Assembly (NCBI GenBank): GCA_000146045.2
Contig: BK006948.2
Location: 480,001 to 544,000, forward strand
Direction: 5' to 3'
Length of the DNA stretch: 64,000 nt
Origin: TPA_inf: Saccharomyces
Lineage: Eukaryota
A program made the position numbers and the translations under genes. The notes under the pieces are model-generated. The model was given only the letters and a program-made list of their open reading frames with translations, made no database searches and had not been told where the DNA came from. The stretch's first letter is position 1. Every line of letters starts with the position of its first letter. Shown piece by piece: positions 10,196 to 20,500 of the stretch.

Positions 10196-10828
10196 CTAAC
10201 AACTGCAAGCACTGTTTGCGCTGGTCCCATCATTAGCAGCGTTCAAATCCACTCTTTGATTGTTCGACTCACGTTCGTTACTTGCACTATTTTGCTCTTC
10301 AGCCGTCTTCAGTGGTATCTTTTCACCGATTCCCAAAAATACATCGTTAACATTCTCTCCTGTCTTTGCACTTGTTTCAAAGAACAACAAGCCCTTTTCT
10401 TCCGCTAGCTTTTCACCTTCTTCCCTTGCGACTTTTCTTTCCCCACCTTCTTGCAGCATATCGATCTTGTTACCAACTAACGCAATGATGATATCCTTTG
10501 ATGCCTGTTCATGTAATTCCTTAACCCAGTGGCGCGCTTTAATAAAGGATTGTGGTTTTGTAACGTCGTATACTACAAGAGCAGCTTGTGCGTTTCTATA
10601 GTACATAGGTGCTAAAGATGCAAATCTCTCTTGCCCAGCAGTGTCCCATATTTCAAACTTAACAGTATGTTCATTTATAGTAACTCTTTGAGTGAGGAAT
10701 GCTGCACCAATGGTGGGCTCCTTATTTTCGGCAAAATCATTAGATACAAACCTTAGGACTATTGACGATTTACCAACTGCTGCCTCACCCAACAGTACCA
10801 ACTTTATGGAAGTGACTGATGTGTTCAT
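10196..10828 (-). CDS. VPS21: Rab5-family endosomal GTPase
   Basis: 210-aa ORF with a P-loop GEAAVGKS, switch II WDTAGQE, the NKID and ETSAK motifs, and a C-terminal CSC prenylation motif. It matches Vps21/Ypt51 (YOR089C). Confidence 0.93.
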
Positions 10829-11122
10829 TTTTTTGTGTGATAAAAGGGATATTTTTTTATAGCTTAGATAAGTCGACGATCTTGCTTTTTATTTTTAAAA
10901 TCGTTGCCACTTTTATAAGATAAGCTGCTCGTATTTTCACCTCACTTCTCTTTCTTTGTCTTTTCGGGGATATTGTTTTAGCAAAAAGCCCCATAATGCA
11001 AACCGAGAAAACCAAAAAAAAAAAAAACACGTATGAGGTGACAAGAAACTAGATAATCAGCAGACTAATATCTATAAAATAAATCCTCTGGTATATACCT
11101 ACCTCAGCATAAGTTTATATCG

Positions 11123-12841
11123 TCATAATCTAGGTTTTGGCTTTGTTGTTGCCTCCGGGTTCATAACTATTGAAGTAGCATTGGAGACAATTGAGGGTGT
11201 TCCAGAATCACCAAAGAACGCCACTGTTACTGTCAAGTCATCTCTGTATCTTCTACTCATCGGCGATGGTATACTTACCAATGCCGATACATATTCTTTT
11301 CTTCCGCCCGCACTTAATGCATTTCTAATTAAATGAGTGGCGACGTTTTTGTCTTCAATAAGATACTCTGGGTTTGATCCTGATGGTGAGCTCGAATTAT
11401 TATCCTTGTACCTGAATGCCGGTCTTTGTGCTTCCTTGTCTTCAGATACATCGATAACTTTTGGTAATTTCCCCGGTTCTGCCTTCACAGGTGCCAGATT
11501 CATATTTTTATCCATCCACCTGATAACCAAGGAAGCAATTTCTTCATTAGTTAGTAATTCGAATAAACCATCCGAACCCATCACCATAAATTTAGTGTTC
11601 TCACCAATTTTGGCAGAAGTAATCACTGGTTCCGCAGTGACATATGGGGGTGTCTTGAAATCCCTTGGCTCTCTTCTAAAATAAAGTTTGGCAACTTCAG
11701 GCAAATCCGATAATGGTTTTCCATCGACTTCTTTGATCTTGTAGCGATAGTCTCCAAATGCCCTGGATGGTTGTAATGAACCCAATATTCTTCCGTTTCT
11801 TATAACGTTTGGTTCTCCTGGATGTTCTTTCCTAATTCTCCGTACTTCATCCAAATTATCACCGGTCTGGTCGGTGGATAGCGACTTTACCGTCCAATTG
11901 CCCTCGTTGTCCAAACCACAAATTAAAGCCCTTGAGTCTCCAGTGACAGCCACTTTCAAAATTGAGTTAGTGGAGTTGTATAAACTTAATAGTGCACAAG
12001 AACCAGAAATCGCTGGTAAAGTGTTTGCAATATTTGTGTTGTTTGGATCTTGAAACAGCTTCCTGAACGATTCGATTACAAGATCATTATCTAGTTTCAA
12101 AAAACCTTTCGAAATTGCAGAATCGATTAATTGGTTGGGGTCGGAATGGAAAACCGTTTTGTTCTGGTCATATACCTGACCTAATTGATACGCTACATAA
12201 CGGACTAGATCTTTAGATAATTTTTCCGAAGTGAAAGGACCACCATGTCCATCAAAAATTCCAAAAAAATACAAATCCTTCTCTATGGACTTGCCATCCT
12301 CACTTTCTATCGGAATGGTAATGATTTGTTCTACGTGATCGTCTTCTATTGGATGGTTAGAGGGCAACTGTGCCACATCATACCTGAATATACCAGTGCC
12401 ACGGTTAACAAAATGGCTTTCCTCTCTATCATGTAGTTTAGCCTCTATTTTAGAATCGTTCAAGATAAGAACAGATTGGTCATTCTGAGACCGTTGACTC
12501 TTTTGTGTCTCTGTTCCTTTTGGATTAGGTGACGGCATGTTAATGTTACCACTAGTATTTGTAGAATAATCTTTTATTCCGTTAATTGTATCAAGGGAGA
12601 GGATCTTTTTAGGGGAATAGTAGGAGTAGGTCAACAGTAGGGACCCGCTTAGTAGAGCAATGTTTAGAGCTTTAGAATGTGATGATATGAATAGCTTTGT
12701 CCTTGAATAGTATGTGCTGTTGGCATGTGATGTTGAATATGCACGTTGGAGAAACTTCTGTGTGTATTCTCTACCAGATTGACATTTAGATAGAACCTTA
12801 ACCGTTTTCTTTATAGCTACGGTTCTAGTTAAGGGAGACAT
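11123..12841 (-). CDS. PTC5: Mitochondrial type 2C protein phosphatase (pyruvate dehydrogenase phosphatase)
   Basis: 572-aa ORF with PP2C catalytic motifs (GIFDGHGG ... DG) and an N-terminal presequence-like region followed by a TM segment. It matches Ptc5 (YOR090C). Confidence 0.9.
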   Translation of the reverse strand: MSPLTRTVAIKKTVKVLSKCQSGREYTQKFLQRAYSTSHANSTYYSRTKLFISSHSKALNIALLSGSLLLTYSYYSPKKILSLDTINGIKDYSTNTSGNINMPSPNPKGTETQKSQRSQNDQSVLILNDSKIEAKLHDREESHFVNRGTGIFRYDVAQLPSNHPIEDDHVEQIITIPIESEDGKSIEKDLYFFGIFDGHGGPFTSEKLSKDLVRYVAYQLGQVYDQNKTVFHSDPNQLIDSAISKGFLKLDNDLVIESFRKLFQDPNNTNIANTLPAISGSCALLSLYNSTNSILKVAVTGDSRALICGLDNEGNWTVKSLSTDQTGDNLDEVRRIRKEHPGEPNVIRNGRILGSLQPSRAFGDYRYKIKEVDGKPLSDLPEVAKLYFRREPRDFKTPPYVTAEPVITSAKIGENTKFMVMGSDGLFELLTNEEIASLVIRWMDKNMNLAPVKAEPGKLPKVIDVSEDKEAQRPAFRYKDNNSSSPSGSNPEYLIEDKNVATHLIRNALSAGGRKEYVSALVSIPSPMSRRYRDDLTVTVAFFGDSGTPSIVSNATSIVMNPEATTKPKPRL

Positions 12842-13273
12842 GGAGAGATTGAGAGAAGTAAAAGCACTTCTTCTGTTGAAAAATTTCAGTAGAGCACAAA
12901 TTCAATTAAAGTAGCAATAGATGTTTCTTTTCCTGCCTATCACACGATTTCGTTTACCCTCCAATCGATCCTTTTTTTCTTTTTTGTATCTTGTGTAGAA
13001 AGAAGTGAATCCTGTTTTTCTACATAATGAAGGGCCGGTAACTGCTCATTACTGAGTTTTAAAGTAGAAAATAAAAATGTATGCAATTGGTCGCCAATAC
13101 CTGATAACTAAGAATGTAACTATGCAAGGGATAAGGAAATTTAGTCAATGCTGCCCATCACACCCTGAACAGCACAAGATTGCAACCTCTGAGAGTATTT
13201 CTTAAGTTGGAGACTAGTGGAGGAAATGAATTGGCACGTAGCTCGTCGAACATGATGAACTGTGATGATAATG

Positions 13274-13300
13274 AAAAAATTTTTGTTCCCCAGCGATGAG
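13274..13300 (+). promoter_or_regulatory. RRPE + PAC motifs in the TMA46 promoter
   Basis: AAAAAATTTTT (13274-13284) is an RRPE. GCGATGAGTT (13293-13302) is a PAC in the forward orientation. Both lie about 130-160 bp upstream of the TMA46 ATG. Confidence 0.7.
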
Positions 13301-13432
13301 TTAGTGAAAATCGACAATATATCTTTTTTTAATCAATGTGTTTTACTATTTCTAGAAAGCAAGGGAAGCCACTCTATTAGTAAACCTCTGGGCTTTACAC
13401 ATATAAAATCGCAGGAAAGTTATATTTCGAAG

Positions 13433-14470
13433 ATGCCACCAAAAAAGGGAAAACAGGCCCAAGCGGCTGGTAAGAAGAAGGATAATGTCGACAAGACGTT
13501 CGGTATGAAGAACAAGAACCGTTCTACCAAAGTCCAAAAATACATCAAACAAGTGCAATCACAATCCGACCCCAAGAAAGAAGAGATGAGGTTAAAGAAA
13601 CTCGAAGAAAAAAAGCGCAGAGAAGCCGAAGAAGCTGAACGAAGAGCACTATTCAACCCTGTAGCAGACCAAAGGGTTCGTGCGGGTGTAGATCCCAAGT
13701 CCATGGTTTGTGCTCTGTTCAAACTGGGGAATTGTAACAAAGGTGCCAAATGTAAGTTCTCACATGACTTGAACGTCGGTAGAAGAATGGAAAAGAAAGA
13801 TTTATACCAAGATACAAGAAGTGAAAAGGAAAATGACACAATGGACAACTGGGATGAAGAAAAGCTGAGAAAAGTTATCCTGTCGAAGCACGGTAACCCA
13901 AAGACCACCACCGACAAAGTATGCAAATACTTCATCGAGGCCGTGGAAAACGGTAAATACGGTTGGTTTTGGATTTGTCCTAACGGAGGTGACAAATGTA
14001 TGTACAGACACTCCCTACCAGAGGGCTTTGTGCTGAAAACCAACGAGCAAAAGAGGCTCGAGAGGGAGTCGCTCGAGAAACAGCCAAAAATTACGCTGGA
14101 GGAGTTTATCGAAACAGAAAGAGGGAAACTAGACAAATCCAAGCTAACACCAATAACAATTGCCAACTTCGCCCAATGGAAGAAGGACCACGTCATCGCA
14201 AAGATTAACGCTGAAAAGAAGTTATCTAGTAAGAGGAAACCTACTGGTAGAGAAATCATTCTTAAGATGAGCGCCGAAAACAAGTCATTTGAGACGGACA
14301 ACGCCGACATGCCAGACGACGTCACCCAGGGATCCGCATGGGATCTTACTGAATTCACAGATGCCTTGAAGAAGGCTGACCACCAAGACGACGGCGGCAT
14401 CAAGGACTACGGTGACGGTAGCAACCCCACCTTCGACATCAAAAAAGCCAACTCCGCCACGCTCGCATAG
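13433..14470 (+). CDS. TMA46: Translation-machinery-associated protein with tandem CCCH zinc fingers (Rbg1/DRG partner)
   Basis: ATG at 13433-13435 (MPPKKGKQ...) gives 345 aa. The 402-aa track ORF begins at a GTG (13262) and runs through the promoter, where RRPE and PAC motifs sit at 13274-13300. There are two C-x8-C-x5-C-x3-H fingers ([20 protein letters not shown] and [30 protein letters not shown]). It matches Tma46 (YOR091W). Confidence 0.88.
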
Positions 14471-15126
14471 TCTAAAATTCATATAGACTAAACTGTATAT
14501 ATGCCACCGTATATATAATACACGCACACACACCAACACAAAGCATGTCACGTCATGTAGCTGATCACGCAGCACGACCGCGGCCCATGCTTATCTGCCG
14601 TCTTTTTGCCCCTTTCGATATCCCACGCCCCACGCCCCCACGTTGTTGAGGTGTTTTTTCACCTCGGATCCGCCCGACAATATCTGGGATTAAAAGTGCT
14701 CGAGTTTTGCTCTCTATTTCACAATCGGTGATAGTTGAGCTTCCTTTCACTGCATCTCTTTGCAGCCTCGGGGGATGAGGCTATATACTTAGAGGGCCTG
14801 AATATATGTTTGACGCATCCCTCCTTCGTACGCTACCATCTGTTACTCTTGCACCGTTATTATATGCTTGTAATTTTTGTTATATAATAGGCCTTTCATT
14901 GTTTTTAATATAGACTTTCATCATAGGGCATCCGGAATTTCTTCTCAGAAGCCTCGCAATTTTTCTTTATATTAGGTTTTTCAGACTTTACATTTGTACA
15001 GAAACTGCGTATTGTTGACCATTACCGAGAGGAAGATAAAAAGGCATAGATAGTTAAGTTTAGCATTATAGAACCAACACAAACAAAACAATAGAAGACA
15101 AAGAGTAAGTTCAAGACAAGTAGACA

Positions 15127-16968
15127 ATGACACACATCACACTGGGACAAGCCATCTGGGCCTCTGTCAGACCAATCATCAAAATCTATCTGATTATTGG
15201 TGTAGGCTTCGGTTTATGCAAGATGAACATCTTAACCGTTCAGGCCACAAGGTCCATCTCTGATATCGTTTTAACAATTCTGCTTCCTTGTTTATCATTC
15301 AATAAAATCGTAGCAAATATAGAAGATAACGATATCAAAGATGTCGGCATTATTTGTCTGACGTCTGTTATACTGTTCGCAACTGGCTTGGGGTTTGCCT
15401 TTATTGTTCGCAGTGTGCTGCCTGTTCCTAAGAGATGGCGTGGTGGTATACTTGCAGGAGGTATGTTTCCCAATATCAGCGATCTACCCATCGCCTATTT
15501 GCAATCCATGGACCAAGGGTTTATATTTACAGAAGCAGAAGGTGAGAAAGGTGTTGCCAACGTTATCATCTTTCTGGCCATGTTTTTGATATGTGTTTTC
15601 AATTTAGGTGGTTTCAGACTAATTGAAAACGATTTCCATTACAAAGGTGATGACGATGAAGAAAATACGTTGACCAATGATGATTCTGCCCAACAGCCAA
15701 CACAACCAATTGAAGGCAATTCTTCTTCTTCATCCAACCAAGATATCCTGAAAGAGCCCAACGAGTCTACCGTTCCTAACAGTTCACAAGCAAGCTACAT
15801 TTCTGAGAAAAATAAAAAAGAAAAAACTGAACTCTCTGTCCCCAAGCCTACACATACTGCCCCTCCAGCAATAGATGACAGGAGCTCGAACTCATCCGCG
15901 GTGGTCTCTATCGATAGCATTACACACTCACTACGCACAAACCATGTGGATGCCCAATCTGTAAGCGAGCTTAACGATCCTACTTACAGAACTAGAAGTC
16001 AACCAATAGCATACACTACCGAGTCAAGAACATCACATGTTCATAATAACCGCAGGAATTCCATCACTGGCTCCTTACGTTCCATCGATATGCGTGAACT
16101 ACCCGCGGAAGGCATGTCGGATTTAATTCGTGAATACTCCAATGTTGATCAATACGGTAGAAGAAGGAAAAGTTCTATCAGCTCCCAAGGAGCACCCTCT
16201 GTTTTGCAGGCAGACGGTACTATTTCTCCAAATTTGACTAGAACCTCCACTTTACAAAGAGTCAAAACTTCCAACCTAACAAGAATAATCACCTCAGATG
16301 CCACTGTTAGTAAGAAAGATATTGAGACTTCCGGTTCCTCTTTACCAAAATGGCTACAGAAATTTCCCTTAACAAAATTTTTCGTCTTTTTTCTAAAAAA
16401 TTGTCTAAGGCCTTGTTCCATGGCTGTTATCCTGGCTTTGATTATCGCTTTTATTCCCTGGGTAAAAGCCCTTTTCGTTACGACCAGTAATACACCAAAA
16501 ATCAAACAAGCCCCAGATAATGCACCTGCTCTAACTTTCATTATGGATTTTACATCTTATGTTGGAGCCGCTTCAGTTCCCTTCGGTTTGATTCTTTTAG
16601 GCGCTACTCTTGGTAGATTGAAAATTGGAAAATTATACCCTGGTTTCTGGAAATCCGCAGTGGTATTAGTCTTTCTCAGACAATGTATCATGCCGATCTT
16701 TGGTGTCTTGTGGTGTGACCGTCTAGTGAAAGCGGGATGGCTAAATTGGGAAAACGACAAGATGTTATTGTTTGTTACCGCCATTACTTGGAACTTACCA
16801 ACAATGACCACCTTAATCTACTTCACTGCAAGTTATACCCCTGAGGACGAAACTGAACCCGTTCAAATGGAATGTACCTCTTTCTTTTTGATGCTTCAAT
16901 ATCCTTTGATGGTCGTTAGTTTACCATTTTTGGTGTCTTATTTCATCAAAGTTCAAATGAAATTATAA
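15127..16968 (+). CDS. ECM3: Membrane protein of the auxin-efflux-carrier (AEC) family, with a long hydrophilic Ser-rich central loop
   Basis: 613-aa ORF with about 5 TM helices at each end and a central Ser/Thr-rich loop. It matches Ecm3 (YOR092W). Confidence 0.88.
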   Translation: MTHITLGQAIWASVRPIIKIYLIIGVGFGLCKMNILTVQATRSISDIVLTILLPCLSFNKIVANIEDNDIKDVGIICLTSVILFATGLGFAFIVRSVLPVPKRWRGGILAGGMFPNISDLPIAYLQSMDQGFIFTEAEGEKGVANVIIFLAMFLICVFNLGGFRLIENDFHYKGDDDEENTLTNDDSAQQPTQPIEGNSSSSSNQDILKEPNESTVPNSSQASYISEKNKKEKTELSVPKPTHTAPPAIDDRSSNSSAVVSIDSITHSLRTNHVDAQSVSELNDPTYRTRSQPIAYTTESRTSHVHNNRRNSITGSLRSIDMRELPAEGMSDLIREYSNVDQYGRRRKSSISSQGAPSVLQADGTISPNLTRTSTLQRVKTSNLTRIITSDATVSKKDIETSGSSLPKWLQKFPLTKFFVFFLKNCLRPCSMAVILALIIAFIPWVKALFVTTSNTPKIKQAPDNAPALTFIMDFTSYVGAASVPFGLILLGATLGRLKIGKLYPGFWKSAVVLVFLRQCIMPIFGVLWCDRLVKAGWLNWENDKMLLFVTAITWNLPTMTTLIYFTASYTPEDETEPVQMECTSFFLMLQYPLMVVSLPFLVSYFIKVQMKL

Positions 16969-17505
16969 AGTTCGTTAAGGAAGAAACAAGATCTATTCAT
17001 GCATTCCCATTCTCATTCTCATAATTTCATTTCATCGTACAACTGAATCAGGGTGTAATTTTATAGTTGTTTGTTGGTCTTTTTTTATCAACGTAGAATT
17101 CACTTATTTCAGATTTTATAGAGTTTCATAGTATAAAAATAATAATGAAAACAAAACTTCATGCTTTTTCTTCTGTTTATACAATTTCACTTTTGATTGT
17201 TATTCAAAAAAATAACATTTAGTCGCAGCTTCTCAGTGTTACTAATCTTTTTCTTCTTTTTTCGAACATAAGATTTTCTGATGGAACGAAAAAAGGTGAT
17301 CTTTTAATTATTTGTGAATCATAAATATCCTTTTCATTAATTTTTAAGTGGTATAGCGTATTTACATATAAAACATACATGATTATTTCATGTTTATAAT
17401 CAAAAATTATAAATAATTATTTAATCTCTAATATAGATTAATTAGAGTCTTTCCACAACTCAGTAGCATCCAATAGTCATGACAAATTTACTGTACTTGG
17501 ATGTG

Positions 17506-20500
17506 TTAAATATTGTCCTTTTCATAATCTGATAATAAATAAATGGAAATATTTTCACCATAGTTTATGCCAAATTGTGCTTCTATTTGAATTTTCTGAT
17601 CAAACCAGGCTTGCATTATCGATGCTCTATTTTTCGCCCAAACTTCCATTATCATACTAGAATTTTTTGGGCTTATACCTTTAGTTCTCACAAATGTGCA
17701 TAAATCTAAAATGACACCATGCTTATTTAACAACTCTGAAACAATTAAAGTCGTTAGATTACCCAAGATGGGATTATGTCGTTCCTTACACCTAATTAAG
17801 CACACTAATAATCCACCTGCTTTGGCAATCAAACAACTACCAATGTCACTGTGAACATCTTTAACGGTTCTCTCCAAATCACTAACAAAATGTGTCAATC
17901 CTAGAATTTCAATGGATTCATGAATACTTCCCAAAACAAACAACAAGTTCAAATTGACGACCTCTCCCTGTGAATTCGTGCAACTTACGTTTTTGATAAA
18001 GCCCAGATCACCAGTTCTCAAATAGCTTAAAGTGTTATTCACTTCGCTCTTCATCTTACTTTTGAATTGTTCTGTGATAAAGGGATCTTTGTACAACTTG
18101 TTTTTTGAACTGTTACACACAAAGTAGTCGAATGCATTAGCTTCCGAACAGCACCAAATCTCACCGAATTCTCCATCAACACATGGTAGGAGTGTCTCTG
18201 GATTAACTACTGAAACGTCAGTACATACAGGAACAACACCAGAATCTTGAATCTTGATATAGTTTCCAGCACTTACATCATTGGGGTTGACTTCTCTAAT
18301 TATACCTTCCCTCAGTGAAAATGGGTCTAAATATAGGTCAACCGGAGGAATATCCAGATACGACCTTAATGATATAAGCGGATTGAAGTGATGTTGATAG
18401 ACATAACTTATTTGTGTACATGATAGGGATATGGTTGAGTACCGTTTTAAAATATTTTCAATTGTATAAATCCTTGGTCTATTAGGAAAAGGTATCATGA
18501 TATTTCGAACACCCTTGAAAACATCTTCTCTAAGCGAGCCAGATGTATTGTTTTTGGCAGAGTTTATATTCTCCTTCTTATTTTTGAATCCCTCAATCAA
18601 ACTAGAGGCTCTATCCAGTAAAGCATATAACGTTTCAAGCTTCAAATATAAATCTTTTACGTTTAAATTTTGAAGGCCAATTAAAAACTCCTTAGGGTCA
18701 GTAAGAACATCAGTAAGGCTGAATAAGCAAGTTGAAGCACCCGTATAAATTCCTAACAAACAGCTGAACATAAAGCCCAATCCAGATGTATGAGAACATA
18801 TAGAGAAAAGTGGACTATTATTTCTTAACTGCAAAGTTTCTTTGACTATTTTGCTTGCATTCAGTAAAGACGAATGTGTCATTGTTACGTGAATATTAGA
18901 TGTTACATCATACTCTGTATTTACCCATACAACACACGGTGTCATACCAATCCTAGTACCTGGTTTGGCCCCAAATTTCTGCTTTAACACATTCTTAAAC
19001 ATAGATACTGTTAACGCATTCTTTGTCTTGACTTTTGAGAAAACTGTAATCTTGGGTATCAAACTTTTGTATTTCTTAAAACATTTGTTTACGACATTAT
19101 TATCATTCAACAATGAGTGCAATTTAGCATCAACAAATACTCTTTTCACTTTGTAACTTTGAATAATATTAACCAAGCCTTTTAGGTCCTCTTCTATGAC
19201 AGACTCCTTAACGCTTGGTAGGGGAATTACCAATAAGTTACAGTACAGGCAGGCCATGATCATCGCTACGTATTCAACCGAATTTTCACACATAATAATA
19301 ATAGGGTCACCATGCTTCAATGGAATTTTAGAACCTACGATTTTTTTCAAAAAGCCTGCGACAATTTTACCAAAACTTGCCCATGATACCTTTTTGTGAA
19401 CGTTATTATCGTTACTAGCTGAAGAGTTGACTAGGTTTGTGTTTGTACCATCACTGAACGCCGTTTCGTTCCCATAATTAGAAATTCTCCATTCCAGAAT
19501 CTCTAAAATCGATTTGAAGTCTGTGAGTTTTGTATGGCTTCGAGTGTCAACAGACTCATCTCTGTAATCAACACCACTGCATTGTAGGGCAAGTTTTGGT
19601 TTAACGGGACCGCCATTACGATATGCTGGTTCGATCATAGCGTATTCTTCTTGTAAAGCCATCTTTCTCAATTTTGATAAATGCTCGGATAATATACTCT
19701 CATTATAGTACGCTGAATGGGGCAAAAAATCCAATATGACATTATCGAATTGAAACTTTACAAACTGTGCACTGAGATCATTGTTTAAAAACTTCTTCTC
19801 TACCGTGCTATTGGCCAATTCCAGAGAACAATATCTCCTAGGTAAAGTATCTCTCGGCACAACTAAAATGCACATTGGTTGGATTTTATGAAAAATCCAA
19901 AGAATTCTAAAAATTTGGTCAGTTAAATCATTCATTTTCGTTTCTAATTTGTTCCTCTGTGTTTCTGCAAATTTCATTAAGGTAGTATCTGTTGTTTCGC
20001 CATTTTTACTCTCTTCTTCGGTTTTTGCTAGGGAGCTTTCTACCACCATAACTAAAAAGTGCTCTTCTTTATGGTGTTGTAATTCAAATGCAGCAACCTC
20101 AAAAACTGTATTTACTGTCCTCACAACTGTTTCAGTAATCTGTTGTAGATAGTGGGATTCAACAACTCTTTTGTATCCCGAAGATGTTTCGCCACTTAAA
20201 CTCGAAATATCAATAGCCTTAGTGCTTTCTGCTCCAGTGTTACCTTTAGGTTGAGCAGATTGATTCCCTTTTTTGGCATAAAGAAGGTTTGATGTGTGAG
20301 CCCAGTTAGGTAATCTGATTAATCTATTCTGTAAAAACATATCTTCTATGAGTGAAAGCACGTATATCTTTCCGTTATGAACAAACCCCATAAGCTTGGT
20401 TCTCATAAAGTAGGTATTTGCAGGACAAATATTCAGAATGGTATCCAATTGTTCAGTAACTGCTTGCGATTTTTCGTTAGTAGGCATTTCATACTTTGCC

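Noticed and set aside
13420-14403. 327-aa minus-strand ORF antisense to TMA46, plus the 13802..14011 and 14285..14575 minus-strand ORFs
   Set aside because: These are antisense shadows of the Lys/Glu-rich TMA46 coding sequence (AAG/GAA codons read as CTT/TTC give Phe/Leu/Ser-rich nonsense). The first codon is a non-ATG start, and there is no supporting motif.
17000-17500. A possible origin or unannotated element in the very AT-rich ECM3-CMR2 convergent intergenic region
   Set aside because: It holds only 10/11 ACS matches, which are expected by chance at this AT content. The region is adequately explained as two converging 3' UTRs with T-rich termination and polyadenylation signals.
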